Source: Carcharhinus longimanus
Taxonomy: Eukaryota
Assembly: GCA_030264375.1 (NCBI GenBank)
Contig: JASCQW010000190.1
Span: 24,335,223 to 24,399,222, forward strand
Length of the DNA: 64,000 bases
Reading direction: 5' to 3'
Shown here: piece by piece, positions 63,326 through 64,000 of the stretch
Numbering within the stretch: the stretch's first letter is position 1
Layout: every line of letters begins with the position of its first letter
Program-made: the position numbers and the translations under genes
Notes under the pieces: model-generated
Seen by the model: only the letters and a program-made list of their open reading frames with translations
Databases searched by the model: none
What the model was told of the DNA's origin: nothing

Positions 63326-64000
63326 TGCTCATTTTATTCAGCACTAGATATTCCTGAGAGATGCTAATTCAGAATGATGACAATCTCAGACTTGTGGTAT
63401 GTTTTTAACATGCTGTCATAAGTCAGGTTCAGCAGCTCAGTCTCATTTGGAGTCAGCTGTAAGTTAATAACAGACTCTGCGGTCTAAAACTCAAAGCATT
63501 TTTCACCAACCTCTTTCTTTCAAAACATCAAACTTTTTTGGAAGTAGTTTCTCTGGAAACCATCTATCTGTTCCCAGAGCTGAAAAAAATCATACCTCAG
63601 TTCGTATACTCTGCCAAGCATTTGACCCTTGACTGCCATTGTCCCTCTGTGTGGAACAGTGTGTGCTCGGCCCAATTTTCAGAACCCAAAGCCTTGAGAA
63701 ACCTGGTATTGAGTGTTTAATGACGTTCACGACTTTCACAACTCAACACCACTTCAAGATTGTATGCCAATGCCTCACAATGAATAAATCAAGGATTCCA
63801 AATAATGTCCTGATCAGCTGCCTGCTAATCCTCATTATAGCTCAGCTATTTTTCCCAGTTACGTTAGCTGCCCCATTGCTTGTGATTTCTTTGCAACTAT
63901 TCCTTTACAACCATGTAGCTGTTCAACTCTTCAAACATCTGTGCTTCAATTGTGGTAGTAGGTAATATAAAGCAGCATAATAAATTTGTTGTGCCAAACA

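Overview
Eukaryotic (vertebrate) genomic DNA from a gapped draft assembly. The repeat content (HE1-like tRNA/V-SINEs, HER1/CR1-like LINEs, Penelope-like termini) points to a cartilaginous fish, most likely a shark; this is inferred from recognised repeat sequences, not from a database search. One host gene is present on the minus strand: an SLC22-family MFS transporter, best matching SLC22A31. Nine coding exons can be read between 55856 and 21148 with GT-AG boundaries and consistent phases; the start of coding exon 1 falls in an N gap. The rest is a dense set of degraded, often nested transposable elements: CR1, L2-like, RTE, Rex1/Babar-like, Tx1-like and Penelope-like retroelements, a Gypsy-like LTR element, PIF/Harbinger relics (transposase plus spliced Myb/SANT partner ORF), a Harbinger-type MITE and a hAT fragment. 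The most unusual observations are (i) a roughly 220-bp inverted duplication at 5785-6004 whose breakpoints reconstruct as a template-switch event inside a Harbinger transposase relic, (ii) degenerate hammerhead-ribozyme-like motifs in the Penelope-like termini, and (iii) distinctive features of the shark SLC22A31 protein. No prokaryote-type system (CRISPR, operon, rRNA, bona fide tRNA) was found. Repeat boundaries are approximate; exon boundaries were read base by base.
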